NCBI GenBank assembly: GCA_038087875.1
Contig: JAXLNO010004602.1
Location: 124,001-161,612, forward strand
DNA: 37,612 bases
Direction: 5' to 3'
Origin: Malacoraja senta
Lineage: Eukaryota
This document shows, piece after piece, positions 10,861 to 23,811 of the stretch; position 1 is the stretch's first letter, and every line of letters starts with the position of its first letter. Made by a program: the position numbers and the translations under genes. Below the pieces are notes generated by a model. The model did not search any database. It was not told the origin of the DNA and worked only from the letters and a program-made list of their open reading frames with translations.

Positions 10861-11618
10861 TGTTTTCAAGAGAGAGTTAGATTTAGCTCTTAGGGCTAAG
10901 GGAGTCAAGGGATGATCAGCCATGATTGTATTGAATGGCGGTGCTGGCTCAAAGGGCCGAATAGCCTATTCCTGCACCTATTTTTTTAATGTTTCTATCT
11001 TTCTATTAAATAAACTAAATTGGAAGACAGAAGGTATTGACTGATGCATCTTCACGCCAGCTGTAAATGTCATAAACTGTGAGAATTAATTGCAAATGTG
11101 ATACAATATTATAAACTAAACTGGGTGATCAAAATGACAAGATGGATGAAGAGCAGAGTTTTCATTGAAATAGCAGATGTGCTGCTTTCTCGAGCACTTG
11201 GCCTTGGTTGTGTAATATTTCCTCTTCAAAATACAATGTTCCCAGGCACTGCTGGTCTGAGACACCATTCAGCAAGTATATTTCCTGAAACAGAGGTTCT
11301 GCTTTCATGGTATCAAGATGTCTAGCAGCTCCAGCACCCAGATCAGAACCTTGCCAAAACTAAGAATGCAGCAACAATTTAGTCATTGAACATTAACGAC
11401 ATGCATATTTGAACTGAGGCAATGGTTAGCTTATTTTACTTCGGAGTCACGTGAGTGACTACGTGAAGAACCCCGCCAGTGCGCCTGCGCATCATTACGT
11501 CAGACGCCTTGACGCAAACGGACGTGAGGAGCAGTGCTCCTCGAGTGGTTTGTAGTTTTTCAACTACAAGGTAAGTAAAAATTTTTTCAGGTTTTCCAGG
11601 TCCGTTTACTGTGGGTCT

Positions 11619-12760
11619 ATGTGGATTTTTGCCACAGACGCCATGGAAAAAACGGACAGGGGGAAAAGGCAAGCGACACAGCCGACAGAAGTCGGGAAAG
11701 TCGGGAGTCCGCGGTTAGAGACCAACCGCCTCTAAACCCCGGTACAGTCGCCAGCGGTGAGCATAGCGACTGTGGACCTGGGGCTGGTGAAAACACAGTC
11801 AGCGCCTGTCGGGCAAAAGACAAAGTTTAAATCCCAACGGAGGGAGTCCCAGGCAATGGAAGTAGCTCCAGGGCTAGATACTGCTTTCGAGCGTATTGCC
11901 CAAATAGAAAGCCTTTTACATAGGCTGTTGGAGCAAAGTTCACTCAGAGAGGAGTGTTCTGAAAGCCAAGCTGCTGGAAACAGCTCAAACAGCTCCTGGT
12001 ACAGGGCTAGATACTGCTTTCGAGCGTATTGCCCAAATAGAAAGCCTTTTTCATAGGCTGTTGGAGCAAAGTTCACTCAGGAAGGAGTGTACTGTAATCC
12101 AAGCTGCAGGAGCAGCTCAACAGCACCTGGCTCAGGGCTGATGGAATGCACCCTCAGGAATGAGGAGCGTGCTACGGGTCATGAGATTTCAGACCCCGAC
12201 TCTGACGGTGAGGCTGTACAAGGCGATGAACGGCAGCTGCCAGATGTTCCACCCCTGGCAGTAGGATTCGCTGCCCCGTCAGGGTGAGGAGAGCCATTAG
12301 GAGAAGAACTGGCCTCCTTAATAAATTACTTGGTTTACCATTAGCTGGAACAGCAGGAAATGGATGAGACTGCAAGAAGTAACTGTGGGTTGCTGAAAGC
12401 AGCAGCAGTGAATCAAATTATCTGGAATCAGTTGCAGAGAATATTAAAGCTGCTGGGTTCTGGAATAACTGCTTTTACCAGAATAGCAGGTAACAACCAA
12501 AAGATGACGAAGTTGCATCAGCAAGCACTGGGGTTGCTATGCAGCACCCACTTCGAGATCAATTATCTGAGGAAAGTGCTATACGGTCTACTATGAATCC
12601 GAGATTCGCAGCACTCTGCAAACCAAGTAATATACAATTACCCAACTTACACTTTGGAGAGATCTCGGGAGACGTATTAAAGAGTTGGAAGATGAAGCGA
12701 AAACAGGATTGATAAATACATCAATGGTTGCAAAGTCTGTAAAGAGGAAGTATCCTTTCA
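11619..12760 (+). pseudogene. DIRS ORF1 (gag-like), disrupted
   Basis: Located between the left ITR and RT. Fragments such as PDSDGEAVQGDERQLPDVPPLAVGFAAP and LQRILKLLGSGITAF. Contains a 133-bp tandem duplication (about 11870-12135), stops and frameshifts. Confidence 0.6.
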
Positions 12761-12949
12761 GACGTCATACGGATCCTAGACCAGGACCAAGTCGCTCAGC
12801 AACGCAGGGACGTAGCTGGCGGTCTGCAGCGGGAGTAAGGACAAGTGGTTGTGCTTCCGGGAGAATCCAGGGATCTCAAAATACTCAAATGACTCAAGAG
12901 GTAGGTGGACCTGGTTCTCAGGGGAACATACTAACTGGATTAAGTCCAG

Positions 12950-14640
12950 AGGTTGGAGGCAGATTACGTCTCTTCTATAAACATTGGAAGAAGATTACTT
13001 CAGATGTGGTAATTCTGAATAATATACAAGGATTTCAATCCAAATTATGATTTGCCTGTCCAGCGTGTTCCTAGCAGAACTCTCCACTTTGCGAAGTAAT
13101 GGAGGTTCAAGTTGCGCTTCAAAACCCTATATATAAAAGGTGTTATTAAAGAATCAGTCTACCAAATTCACCAATTTGGGTCAAATATATTCCCTCGATC
13201 AAAAAAGGATGGAGGATGTAGGATTATTATAGACTTGACAAGTCTGAATCCTTTTGTTCAGTGTTTGTTCACTTGCAAGATATGAAGTATTTTAAATTTA
13301 CATGGATGAACCAATTAGGGCAGTTCAAAGCTCTGCCTAAAGGGTTAACGTTCCCTTCCAGAATATTTATAAAAATCAATTCTGGGGTTGCTGAGAGCCA
13401 GGGGCATGTACTAATGGCATACCTGGATGATGTCCTGATTATAGGGAGGACAAAACAGTCAACAGAAGCATCGGTTGCAGTAATAAAATCAAACTTTTGA
13501 AAGTTTGGGAGTTTCTAAATTCATCCAAAGAAATCAAGGTTAAAAACATGTACCTCGATTAATTATTTGGGGTTCGCAATTGATTTAGCCCAAATGCAAA
13601 TTACTTTGCCCAGTGAAAAAAGGGTGGAGTTGATTAAAGATTGCAGTAATCTGTTAAACGTGCAAAAACCTCTAATCAGACAGGTGGCTCGAGTACTGGG
13701 AAAATTAGTAGATTCCCAGCAGTCCAGTATGGACCATTACATTATCAACAGCTGCAGAGAATTAAAGAACAGGCACTGAGAATAAATGCTGGTCATTTTG
13801 ATAGAACCATGCAAGTAACAACAAATGCTGTTTCTAAGCTGCAGTGGTGGATTCTACATGTCTCAAGCAGTTCAGGCAAAGTGCTGATTGAACAACCTTC
13901 CATGATATTACAAACTGATGCCAGTGCACTAGGATGGGGTGCAACTGACTTAACATGGAGCTGCGGAGGCAGATGGAATCAGGAAAAGTTAGTGTTACTG
14001 CAGACATGGGGAATTACCTATTTGGAGCTTTTAGGAGGTTTCTATGGACTCCAAGCTTATGGTTCTAACACAACTAAAAGGAAGGTTCAAGTTCAAATTA
14101 ATAAACACAACAGTAGTTGCCTATATTAATGATATGGGTGGAATTAAGTCGGTGTCATGTGACAAAATGGTTAAATCAACTTCGATCTTGGTGTATTGAA
14201 AAGAACATTTGGTTTTCAGCTATCTATCTACCAGGTAGAATGAACACGATAGCAGACACCTGGTCACGAAAAGTTCCATGATAATAAAGAATGGATGTTG
14301 AATCAAGAGGTATTCAATGATATAGTAATCAGATTTGGAATGACCGACATCGACTTGAATCATCAGCTATCGAGATATGTCTCATGGAAACTAGATCCAG
14401 GAGCAGTTTGATGCTTTCTCGCTACATTGGGGTGGTATGTCTTCATATATATTTCCACCTTTCTGCCTCATAAGCCAATGTTTGCTTAAAATCAGGCAAG
14501 ATGCTGCTTCAAGGGTATTGGTAGTACCAGATTGGCCTATACAGCCATGGTATCTGTTGATATTAGAATTAACAACACAAATGTTGATGGAAGTCCCAAA
14601 AATGAGTAATTTATTGCTGCACCCTGTAACAGGGTAACAA
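12950..14640 (+). pseudogene. DIRS RT / RNase H / Dam-like adenine methyltransferase, frameshifted
   Basis: VGGRLRLFYKHWKKITSD; YFKFTW...FKALPKGL; MAYLDDVLII; RNase H LQTDASALGWGA, ITYLELL and NTIADTWSR; MT region DAFSLHW, YIFPPF and LVVPDWPIQPWY. Confidence 0.88.
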
Positions 14641-14679
14641 CATCCATTATATCATCGTTTGGATTTGATGATTTGCAGG

Positions 14680-15651
14680 TTTTAAGAATGCCTTTTCTGG
14701 GACGAGGACTGTCTGAGCATACTGTGGACATGCTTACGGCAGCCGGGAGGAAGAGCACTCAAAAACAGTACCTTTCTTATATTAAGAAATGGGAAGAGTT
14801 CTGTGTACAAAAGAATGTGCAATAAAGTACTGCAGATATTTCAAATGTTTAGAATTTCTGTCAAAACTTTATTATGATGAAGGTCTGAGTTGTAGTGCAA
14901 TTAATTCAGCCAGAAGTGCATTGTCCTCATATTTGGTTCTGGATTCAGAAAGAAACTCAATTGGGTCACACCCAATTGTTTCCAGACTAATGAAAGGAAT
15001 CTTTAATTCCAAACCACCGAAACCTAGGTACGTGACAATCTGGGATGTAAGTGTGGTACTGAAACTACTTCGTGAATGGTCATCAAGTGTGTCTTTACCT
15101 TTGGTCAAGCTCAGTATGAAAGTATTCATGCTTATGGCATGAGTGACAGCACAACGAGTGCAAACACTTGGAAAATTACAAATAGACAGTATGGAAGTAA
15201 CTGAAGACAAGGTTACATTCTATATCTATGACCTACTAAAGTAAATTAGGCCAGGTGTGACAGGATTTAAAATTATGCTAGCAGCATATCCAAATGATCC
15301 ATGTCTCTGTATTAAGACATATTTATTACAATACATTGAGGTCACAAAGAATTTGAGAATACGGAAACTGGGTTGTTGATCACACACAAGAAACCACACA
15401 AGAGAGTTTCAATACAGACTATTTCCAGATGGATAAAAGAAGTCTTAACAGCTGCTGGTATTAACACTTATGTTTTTACGTCTCACTCGGATAGGGCAGC
15501 AGAAACGTCGGCGGCCAGGGTAAAAGACGGCCCCGTCGACCATATCCTCGCAGCCGCCGGGTGGTCCAATGAGTTGATGTTTCAACATTTTTACCATCGG
15601 CCTATTGTTAATGCGGGGTTGTTTGCAGAAACTATTTTAAGTTCTGTGTAA
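14680..15651 (+). pseudogene. DIRS tyrosine recombinase, disrupted
   Basis: SAINSARSALSS and PPKPRYVTIWDVSVVL (N-terminal part). Catalytic motifs TAQRVQTL (R), HSDRAA (HxxR), AAGWSN (W) and FQHFYHRP (Y). Internal TGA at about 15140 and frameshifts. Confidence 0.9.
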
Positions 15652-15820
15652 ATTCCTCTGGTTTAAAGGGGATCTGATTCATTTCATTATTGAAATGAAA
15701 TACTGCATTTGTGGTACAAATGTTATTATGAATGCATGATTGATTATTCTCGTTCCGAGTCAATCTATGCAGTGAGAAGCCGGGATTGATCCACGGCATG
15801 AAATCACAAAGCTTTAAAAT

Positions 15821-15933
15821 CTTCACGTAGTCACTCACGTGACTCCGAAGTAAAATAGTAAGATTAAACGAGAACTTACCTAAGTTTGAAGTTTGATCTT
15901 TATTTTATGAGGAGTTACGTAGGTGATTACGTG
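15821..15933. repeat. DIRS internal complementary region (ICR)
   Basis: 15821-15857 is the exact reverse complement of 11432-11468 (37/37). 15856-15933 is the exact reverse complement of 16086-16163 (78/78). Confidence 0.95.
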
Positions 15934-16289
15934 CCCACCACGACCCTACCATCTATCATAAAGGTCAGATGGAAGTTCTTGTATTACTCGTTTTATTATG
16001 AGACTATATTACTTCGGTTGTTGTTTTTTGTGATTTCACACCGCTGCTTTGAAGATTGACGCGCAGGCGCACTGGCGGGGTTCTTCACGTAATCACCTAC
16101 GTAACTCCTCATAAAATAAAGATCAAACTTCAAACTTAGGTAAGTTCTCGTTTAATCTTACTATTATCACTGTAAACCAGTCGTGGTCATGGGTCTGCCA
16201 TTGTGGTCACTATTAGTGAGGGTGATTAACTATCATTTAGCAGTTAAACGGAAAAGAATTGGCTTTTCAAGCCCACGGAGCCATAGAGT

Positions 16290-16815
16290 CATACGGCATG
16301 GAAATGGGCCCTTTGCCTCAACTTGGCCATGCCAACCAAGATGCCATGTTTAAACTACAATTTACCTGCAATTGACCCATATCTCACTGAACCTTTCCTA
16401 TCTACAGTATGTACCTGTCCAAGTGTGTTCTAAATGATTTTTAATACCTGCCTCAACTCTTTCCCCTGGAATGTTCTTCCATATTTCCACTTCCTCTGGT
16501 TCCGAGTAACTCGTTTCCTTCTCACCTTAAACCTAAGTCCTCTGGTTCTTGATTACACAAGGCTGGTTAAAAGATTCTGTGCATTCAATCTATCTATGCT
16601 CCTTGATTTTATAAACTTCTATAAGATCACCCCTCAGCCTCTTGCGTGCCAAGGACTAAAATCCAAGCATTCTCATCCTCTCCCTGAATCACAGGCCCTG
16701 TTAATGACATCCTTCCGATAGTGGAGTGACCAAAACTTAACACAATACTCCAAATGTGACCTCACCAACATCTTGTACAACTGTAGCAGAACATCCCAAC
16801 TTTTTTATTCAGTAC
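16290..16815 (-). mobile_element. CR1-type LINE 3' remnant
   Basis: Typical antisense CR1 RT-end sequence (ccttaaacctaagtcctctggttcttgatt...acacaatactccaaatgtgacctcacc), i.e. degenerate LVRSHLEYCV. Confidence 0.7.
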
Positions 16816-17294
16816 CTTTCTTTTAAATCTTTTTATTGTTTTTTTTCCAAAAAACAAAAACAAAAATAAAACATTAAAAACAGAGCAAAAAGAATAATGA
16901 TAAACATAACAATGGTATTGATACATAGGGATCAGGATTACATTAATAACAGGTATAAACTAATATGAGACCAGTGTCAAAATACACATTGAATATAGAC
17001 CTTTCGGTCTCTATGTAAATATAGTTAAATCTTTAAAAGGAAACATAAATGTAAAAAAAAGCAAAGATAAAAAGACAAAAAGAAAAAGACAAAACAAAAC
17101 CCCCCTAAACTAAAAAAATAAATAAAAAATTGATAATATTAAAATAAGAATAAAAATAAAATAAATAAATAAAACAAAACAGAGCAAACCCGAATCTGAA
17201 CTGAGAAATTCAACAATTTAAGTCTGTTTGTCGTCAAGTCCGTTCCACCCTATGAAGGTAAAATAATTTTTATAAAGGTTAAAGAGGGAACAAT

Positions 17295-20200
17295 TTATGT
17301 TGTATGAAAGTGTTCAATAAATTTTCCCCAAGTCTTATCAAATGTAACCAAGGGTTCAACAATGTCACTTCTGATTTTTTCTAAATTTAAACATGATATC
17401 GTTTCAGAATACCACTGGAGTGTGGTCGGAGGGTTGGAATCTTTCCATTTAAAGAAAATAAATCTTCTGGCAATTAATGTGGTAAAAGCAATGAACCGAT
17501 GGGCGGAGTGGGACAAATGAATAGAATCTAACATTGGTAACCCAAAAATTGCAGTAATAGGATGAGGTTGTAAATCTATACCTAAGACTACAGAAATAGT
17601 ATCAAAAATTTATTTCCAATATTTTTCCAAAAGAGGGCAGGACCAAAACATATGAGTCATTGAGGCCACTTCAGAGTTACATCTACCACAGGTAGGATTT
17701 ATATGACCATAAAAACGAGCTAACTTATCTTTTGACATATGAGCTCTGTGAACCACCTTGAATTGTATCAAAGCGTGTCTTGCACACATTGAAGAGGTAT
17801 TAACTAATTGAAGGATCATCTCCCATTTCTCTATAGATAAAGACATTTAGAGTTCTCTTTCCCAGTCATTCTTAATTTTATCAAATGTATCTATTTGCAA
17901 TTTTAAAATCAAGTCATGAATAGTCGTTATTAATCCTTTCTGATAAGGGTTCAACTGTAAAAAAAATCCAAAATTTCGGGTTGATGTGGTAGCGGAAAAA
18001 GGGGTAGTTCCTTTTGTCTAATTTGTAAATATCGAAAAAAGTGTGAATTAGGTAAGTTATATTTATTGGAGAGTTGTTCGAAAGACATAAAACAACTCTC
18101 CAAAAACAAATCACGAAAAGCTACTAATCCCTTCCTCTTCCATAACAAAAAAACTTGATCAGTACTAGATGGTTGGAAGAGAAATTTGGATAAAATCAGA
18201 TAGTCCAAAAAACTTACGAAATTGAAATCGTATTCAGAACATATGTCTTATTATTGGGTTCGTCATATATTTATTCAATCTCGTAATTGTAAAAGGTAAC
18301 GAGGTCCCTAGAATAGAAGCCAATTATAGCCCTTGTAAGGAATCACGTTCTAGGTTTATCCATCCAGGGCATTGGGTATCTTCTAAATCTTTTGTCCAAA
18401 ATGTTAAATAACGAACATTGACTGCCCAATAGTAGAGTCTAAGGTTCGGCAATGCCAAACCACCAACTTTTTTGGATTTCTGTAGGTATTTTTTACCTAG
18501 TCTGGGATTTTTATTCTGCCATATATATGAAGAAATTTTAGAGTCTATAATATCAAAGAAAGATTTGGCAATAAAAATTGGTATCGTCTGAAATAAATAC
18601 AGAAATTTAGGTAAAATGAACATTTTAATAGCATTGATTCGGCCAATTAAGGATAAGGACATTGGTGACCATTTAGTGAACTGATGTTTAATATGGTCAA
18701 TTAAAGGAATAAAATTAGCTTTAAATAAATCCTTGTGTTTCTTGGTGATCTTAATACCTAAATAAGTAAAACTTTCGGTAGTCAATCTAAATGGAAACTG
18801 TCCATAACTCGAAACAAATTTATTTAATGGGAAAGCTCACTCTTACTAAGATTTAGTTTATAACCAGAAAAACTACTGAATTGATTAAGTAATGCTACTA
18901 TTGCCGGAATAGATTTCTCAGGGTTAGAAATAAATAATAACAGATCATCTGCATTAAGAGATAGCTTATGTGTCTTATTCCCGCGGACAATACCAAAAAT
19001 ATTAGGGGATTCCTAATAGCAGTGGCTAAAGTTTCCAAAGCAATATCAAATAGTAAAGGACTTAAGGGACAGCCCTATCTAGTACCTTGAAAGAGCCTGA
19101 AAAAAGGGGATCTCTGATTATTAGTAAATACAGAAGCCTGAGGTATAAGATATATCAGTTTGATCCAAGAGATAAATTTTGGACCAATCTTAACTTTTTC
19201 AAGTATATTGAATAAGTATTCCATTCTACTCTATCAATAGCCTTCTCGGCATCAAGTGAGATGACACATTCTGGGGTTTTATTAGACGCTGTATATACAA
19301 TATTTATTAGTCTCCTAACATTAAAGAATGAGTAACGATTTTTAATAAAACCTGTCTGATCTTCAGAGATAATTTGCGGTAAATTCTTTCCAATCTCATA
19401 GCTAATATTTTGGAAAGAATTTTAAAATCTACATTTAACATTGATATAGGTCTATATGATGTCACTTCAGTAGGGTCTTTATCTTTTTTTTAAATTAAAG
19501 GAATAGAAGCTCCATAAAAAGATAGTGGTAATCTATTCCTTTAAAAGGCTTCTTTAAATACCTTGCATAGCCATGGATACAATAAATTTGAGAAATACTT
19601 TAAAAATTCTACTGTAAACCCATCTAAACCGGGAGCTTTACCAAAATTCATTGAAAATATTGCTTTCTGTATTTCTTCTTCCGTGATGGGTTCATCTAAC
19701 AACAGAGACGCATTGTATGGTAAATTTGGTAAGTTCAGTTTCTTTAAAAACTCATGCATTATATTGGAATCAGTAGGAAAATCTGATTGGTATAGAGAGG
19801 TATAAAATTCCTGAAAGGATTTAATAATTTCGTCATGGTCTACGGTTTCTGTACCGTTTACTCACTTTAGTAATCTGACGCTTGACCGACACTGCTTTCC
19901 ATTGATTAGCAAGTAATTTACCAGATTTTACGCCATTTATATAACATTTACTTTTGGTTTTAAGTAACTGGTTCTCAATCGGTGATACTAATAACAAATC
20001 ATATCTCAATTGAAGTTCAACTCGATTCTTATAGAGCTCTAAACTAGGAGCTTTTGAATATTTTTTATCAATTTCTTTAATCTCGTCAGCCAATGTGCGT
20101 ATTTCTTTTTGTGTTTGTTTTTTTAATCCCGCGGAGTATGAAATGATTTGTCCACGAATATATGCCTTAAAAGCATCCCAAACTATACCATTGGATATCT

Positions 20201-21036
20201 CTTCATTAGAGTTTGTCAAGAAGTAAAAAGCAATCTGATCTTTCATAAACTTAATAAAGTTTAAGTCTTGAAGCAAAGTAGCATTAAATCGCCATTGTTT
20301 AGCACTAAACTTGGAATCAGGTAGTTTGATCAATAGTTTCACGGGTGCATGATCAGAAATAGCAATTGTATCATACTCACATGCAATGACCGATGGAACT
20401 AGCCGAGAATCTAGTATAAAATAGTCGATCCTAGAATAACTATGATATACATGAGAGAAAAATGAAAATTCTTTGTCATTTGCGTGTAAGAATCTCAAAA
20501 TTTCTAACATTCCCGAGTCAAGTAAAAAAGAATTAATAAAATTAGCTGATTTATTTGGAAGCACATGATCAGATGTAGACCTATCAATCGAGGTATTCAA
20601 ACAGCAATTGAAGTCTCCACCCATTATTAAAAAGTGTTCATTTAAATTAGGAAAGGATGCAATTAACCGTTTAAAAAACTTAGGGTGATCAATATTTGGT
20701 GCATAGACATTCACCATAGCGACTTTTTGCCTATAAAGGACACCGGTAATCACCAAGAATCTGCCATATGGATCAGAAATAGTTTCATGGTGAACAAACG
20801 GAATTCAGGAGTCAATAAAAATAGAGACTACCTTTCACCTTAGCCTGTGAATTTGAATGAAACTGCTGTCCTCTCCAAAACTTGAAAAATCGTGACTTGT
20901 CATCTTGCCTTACATGAGTTTCCTGAACAAAGATAATCTGAGCATTTAGTCTGTGAAGAACTTTAAAAAAAATCCTCTTAATGGGATGGTTCAAGCCATT
21001 CACATTCCATGAAATGAAATTAGTAACTTTATCCAT
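17295..21036 (-). pseudogene. L1 ORF2 (APE endonuclease, RT, C-terminal CCHC domain), multiple frameshifts
   Basis: ISWNVNGLNHPIKR, FVQETH, MGGDFNC, YSRIDYF, ISDHAPV; KAPGLDGFT; YRPISMLNVD, ISLDAEKA, RQGCPLSPLLF, ADDLL; CGRCNSEVASMTHMFWSCP. Confidence 0.92.
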
Positions 21037-21610
21037 ATTGCTTGTAAAAATCATGTGGGATGTAATGGGTTAATTTCTTGAAGCCTAAAAGTTCATAATA
21101 CTGGAAGAAGAAAAATCTAGGGCGGAGCCAGGTGACGACATTTCAGCCAATTTTGTAGTTCAGAATTTGCACAAATGGAGATCACTAAATAGGGAACAAA
21201 AGACCCCTCCCCCCTCCCCCCTCCCACCCCTGTAGAACCCCAAACTGACCAAAAGACAGCCAGCAAACTACCTAATCTCCTCCCCAATCCCATCTCTCCC
21301 AGTAACAGCGCTCAGCATAAAAAGAATAACATTTAACCACTACGTCATAACACATTCGTTATTATCTCTTTGAGAGAGAAGAAAAAAAAATACAGACTGG
21401 CATGGAATGCTGCTTGTTATTATCCAAGATCAAGATATGAAAAACAAGAACTGCGTTCTCTTAGTTTGTCTAACGACAGGGGAACACGAATTAACAAAGA
21501 AATTCTTAAAAGAAAAACAACTCGTCCAGTTAAATTCTTAATCATTACCAAACGAAATGTTGTCAAAATAGGAACAGTAAATCTCCAATTATAACTTAAT
21601 CAGCTATCAA

Positions 21611-22468
21611 TTATTCCCCTTCCTCGTCGTAGCTCTTCAGAAAGCTGGAGGCGTCTTGAGGACTGTTAAAAAGTCGAAAGTTACCATTGAAAAGCCGAAT
21701 ACGCAATCTAGCTGGTGATAATAAAGCTGGGTGCAGTTTTTCTTATACAAATCAGACATTACATTATAAAAAGTCTTTCTTATTTCCAAAAGCTCGTAAC
21801 TATAATCAGGGACAAACCGAAACTTGCATCCTTCATATTCAACCACACCAAACTTTTTTGCTGCCTGAAGAATATTCTCCATCATTTGAAAAAAATGAAA
21901 CCGAATGATCAAATGTCTCGGTTTATTACCGGATTTCTTCCCAATCCTGTGTGCCTTATCCAGGAACGGAAGGTTTTCATCGTGCTCAATGTTGAATGTT
22001 TCCTTTATCATTTTAGAAGCATATTTTATACCGTTATCTCCTTCTTGGCCTTCCGGCAAACCAACAATTCGTCAATTCAAACGACGGCTTCTGTTTTCTA
22101 AGTCCATATTTTTAGACTTGTATTGATGAAGTTCTCAATTGTTTTCATTCATTCTCCGTTCCAATTTTTCAATCTTCAAATCTCTCTCCTGTCCCAGGGT
22201 GCGCAAGATATCAATTTGATCCTTTTGTTCACGAAGTTCATCTTGTAACAAAAACAGTTTTCCTTGGACTTCCTTCAATTTGCTCAACTCCTTTCACCAT
22301 TTCTTCCAAACTGCCAAATCTTGTTTTCGTTTCATTTTTCAGCTCATTTTTCAATTCATCGTTCATTTTCGATATTGATTCTATGATGCTGGAATCAGAA
22401 GCTGCAGCTGTGGTTGTGGCTTTCCCCAGTTCCTTCTTTGGGGATCCTCCTTTCCTTCTTGTCTCCAT
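21611..22468 (-). pseudogene. L1 ORF1 (coiled coil, RRM, CTD), frameshifted
   Basis: METRRKGGSPKK... coiled coil; LPEGQEG, AHRIG, PRHLIIRF, FRFVPDYS, PARLRI are L1 ORF1p RRM/CTD motifs. Confidence 0.88.
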
Positions 22469-23159
22469 CCTTTTCACGATTAAGGCGTGTAAATGTGTTA
22501 TCAACACTTTATGAACAGTTAGACGGTGTCTTGAAGTTAAATAGTCACCAGTAACATTGAAAGAGTGGTCAGTGGAAGTTAAAAGTTAAGGGAGCAAACG
22601 AGTTTGCAACCTTACAGCATACTGCCACTAGGAGAGTCTAGTTATTGACATGTTATTGATGTTCATGATTATTCTGTTCTTTGTGCCTGGCCATTTTGAC
22701 TTTGTCACATTTTACTTGGTTTATGATATTGTACAAGATTTGCAATCACACCTCCCAATTGACTAAAATTATCCCAATTAACTAAATGCCTACTATGGCA
22801 TTTAAATTATTGCATTATATTCAGTGCAGGGTAGAAGCTGCAGTTTTTAAAAAAAAGGCAAGTTTCTATTACATACTAAGTGGTGTGTGCCTGGAAAGCA
22901 CTGCCAGGGATGGTGGCGTCTGGGGTGCACCTTCGTGGGTGCATGGAGATGCAGGGGTTTGAGGGACATGAATCATTTGCAGGCAGATGCTGCCTAACTG
23001 GTGTCTGTCCGACTGATCTGGAGGGATCTGATGGTCAGGCAGGGAATATTTCCAGTGACCCAATGGTGCTGAGTTCGCTGAATTTTACGGTGAATGGGAA
23101 TGCCCCTGTAATAGAGGAACATGTCCTTTGTCCAACAACGTTTGTGCTGAACATGACGC

Positions 23160-23680
23160 AACCTGAGGCAGAGTGGCGCTGCTGATAGAGCTGCTGCCTC
23201 AGTGCGTCATACACATCAGTTCAATCCTAACCTCAGTTGTCGGCTGTGTGAAGTTTGCATGTATTCCCTATGACCGCATGGGTTTCCACTGTCCTCCAGT
23301 TTTCACACACATACTAAAGATGCCAAGTTTTATGGGTTAATTCGTCTCTGTAATTTGATCGTAGTGTGGAAGCGAAAGTTAGATAACATAGAACTTGTGT
23401 GAACGAAACTATTTGAAGGAGTATTGAGTTTTTTGTTTAGTTTAGAGAGAGAGAGCATTGAAACAGACACTTCGGCCCACTGAGGCCGCACCTACCAACG
23501 ATCACCCACATAAGCTAGGAACACAAGTCAATTAACCTACAAACCTGCACATCTGTCTTTGGAATGTGGGAGGAAACTGGAGCACCTGGAGAAAACCTAT
23601 GCAGTCACAGGGAGAAGGTACAAATTCCGTACAGACATCACCCGTGGTCAGGATCAAACCCAGGTATCTGGCGCTGTGCC
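23160..23680. repeat. Two HE1-like SINE copies in inverted orientation
   Basis: 23160-23400 (+) and 23435-23680 (-); same family as 9355-9648. Confidence 0.65.
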
Positions 23681-23811
23681 TTTATATCTGGAAGGAAGAT
23701 GTTATGTGGGATGAATCAACAGTTAAAGCGAATAAACTAGTTGCATCTTTCTGAGTTCTGTTCTCTGCTATGCCATTTCTTTGTTGTCTAATATTTAATT
23801 TCCCCCCTCAG

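Larger units (their letters stand above)
11432..16165 (+). mobile_element. DIRS1-like tyrosine-recombinase retrotransposon (left ITR, gag-like ORF1, RT-RH-MT, YR, ICR, right ITR+extension)
   Basis: Inverted terminal repeats (11454-11493 vs 16057-16096), an internal complementary region at 15821-15933 matching both ends, and all DIRS coding domains recognisable. Confidence 0.95.
16818..22638 (-). mobile_element. Near full-length L1-clade LINE (about 5.8 kb), disrupted
   Basis: 5' UTR, ORF1, ~570-bp spacer, ORF2 (APE-RT-Cys-rich), T-rich 3' UTR, and AATAAA plus A-rich end near 16820-16840. No clear TSD found. Confidence 0.92.

Noticed and set aside
11732-12076. 114-aa minus-strand ORF, plus similar antisense ORFs over the Gypsy, L1 and env regions
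   Set aside because: Antisense shadows of TE coding sequence with no independent features.
16800-22660. Target-site duplication for the L1
   Set aside because: No convincing direct repeat found by eye, so the exact L1 ends are approximate.
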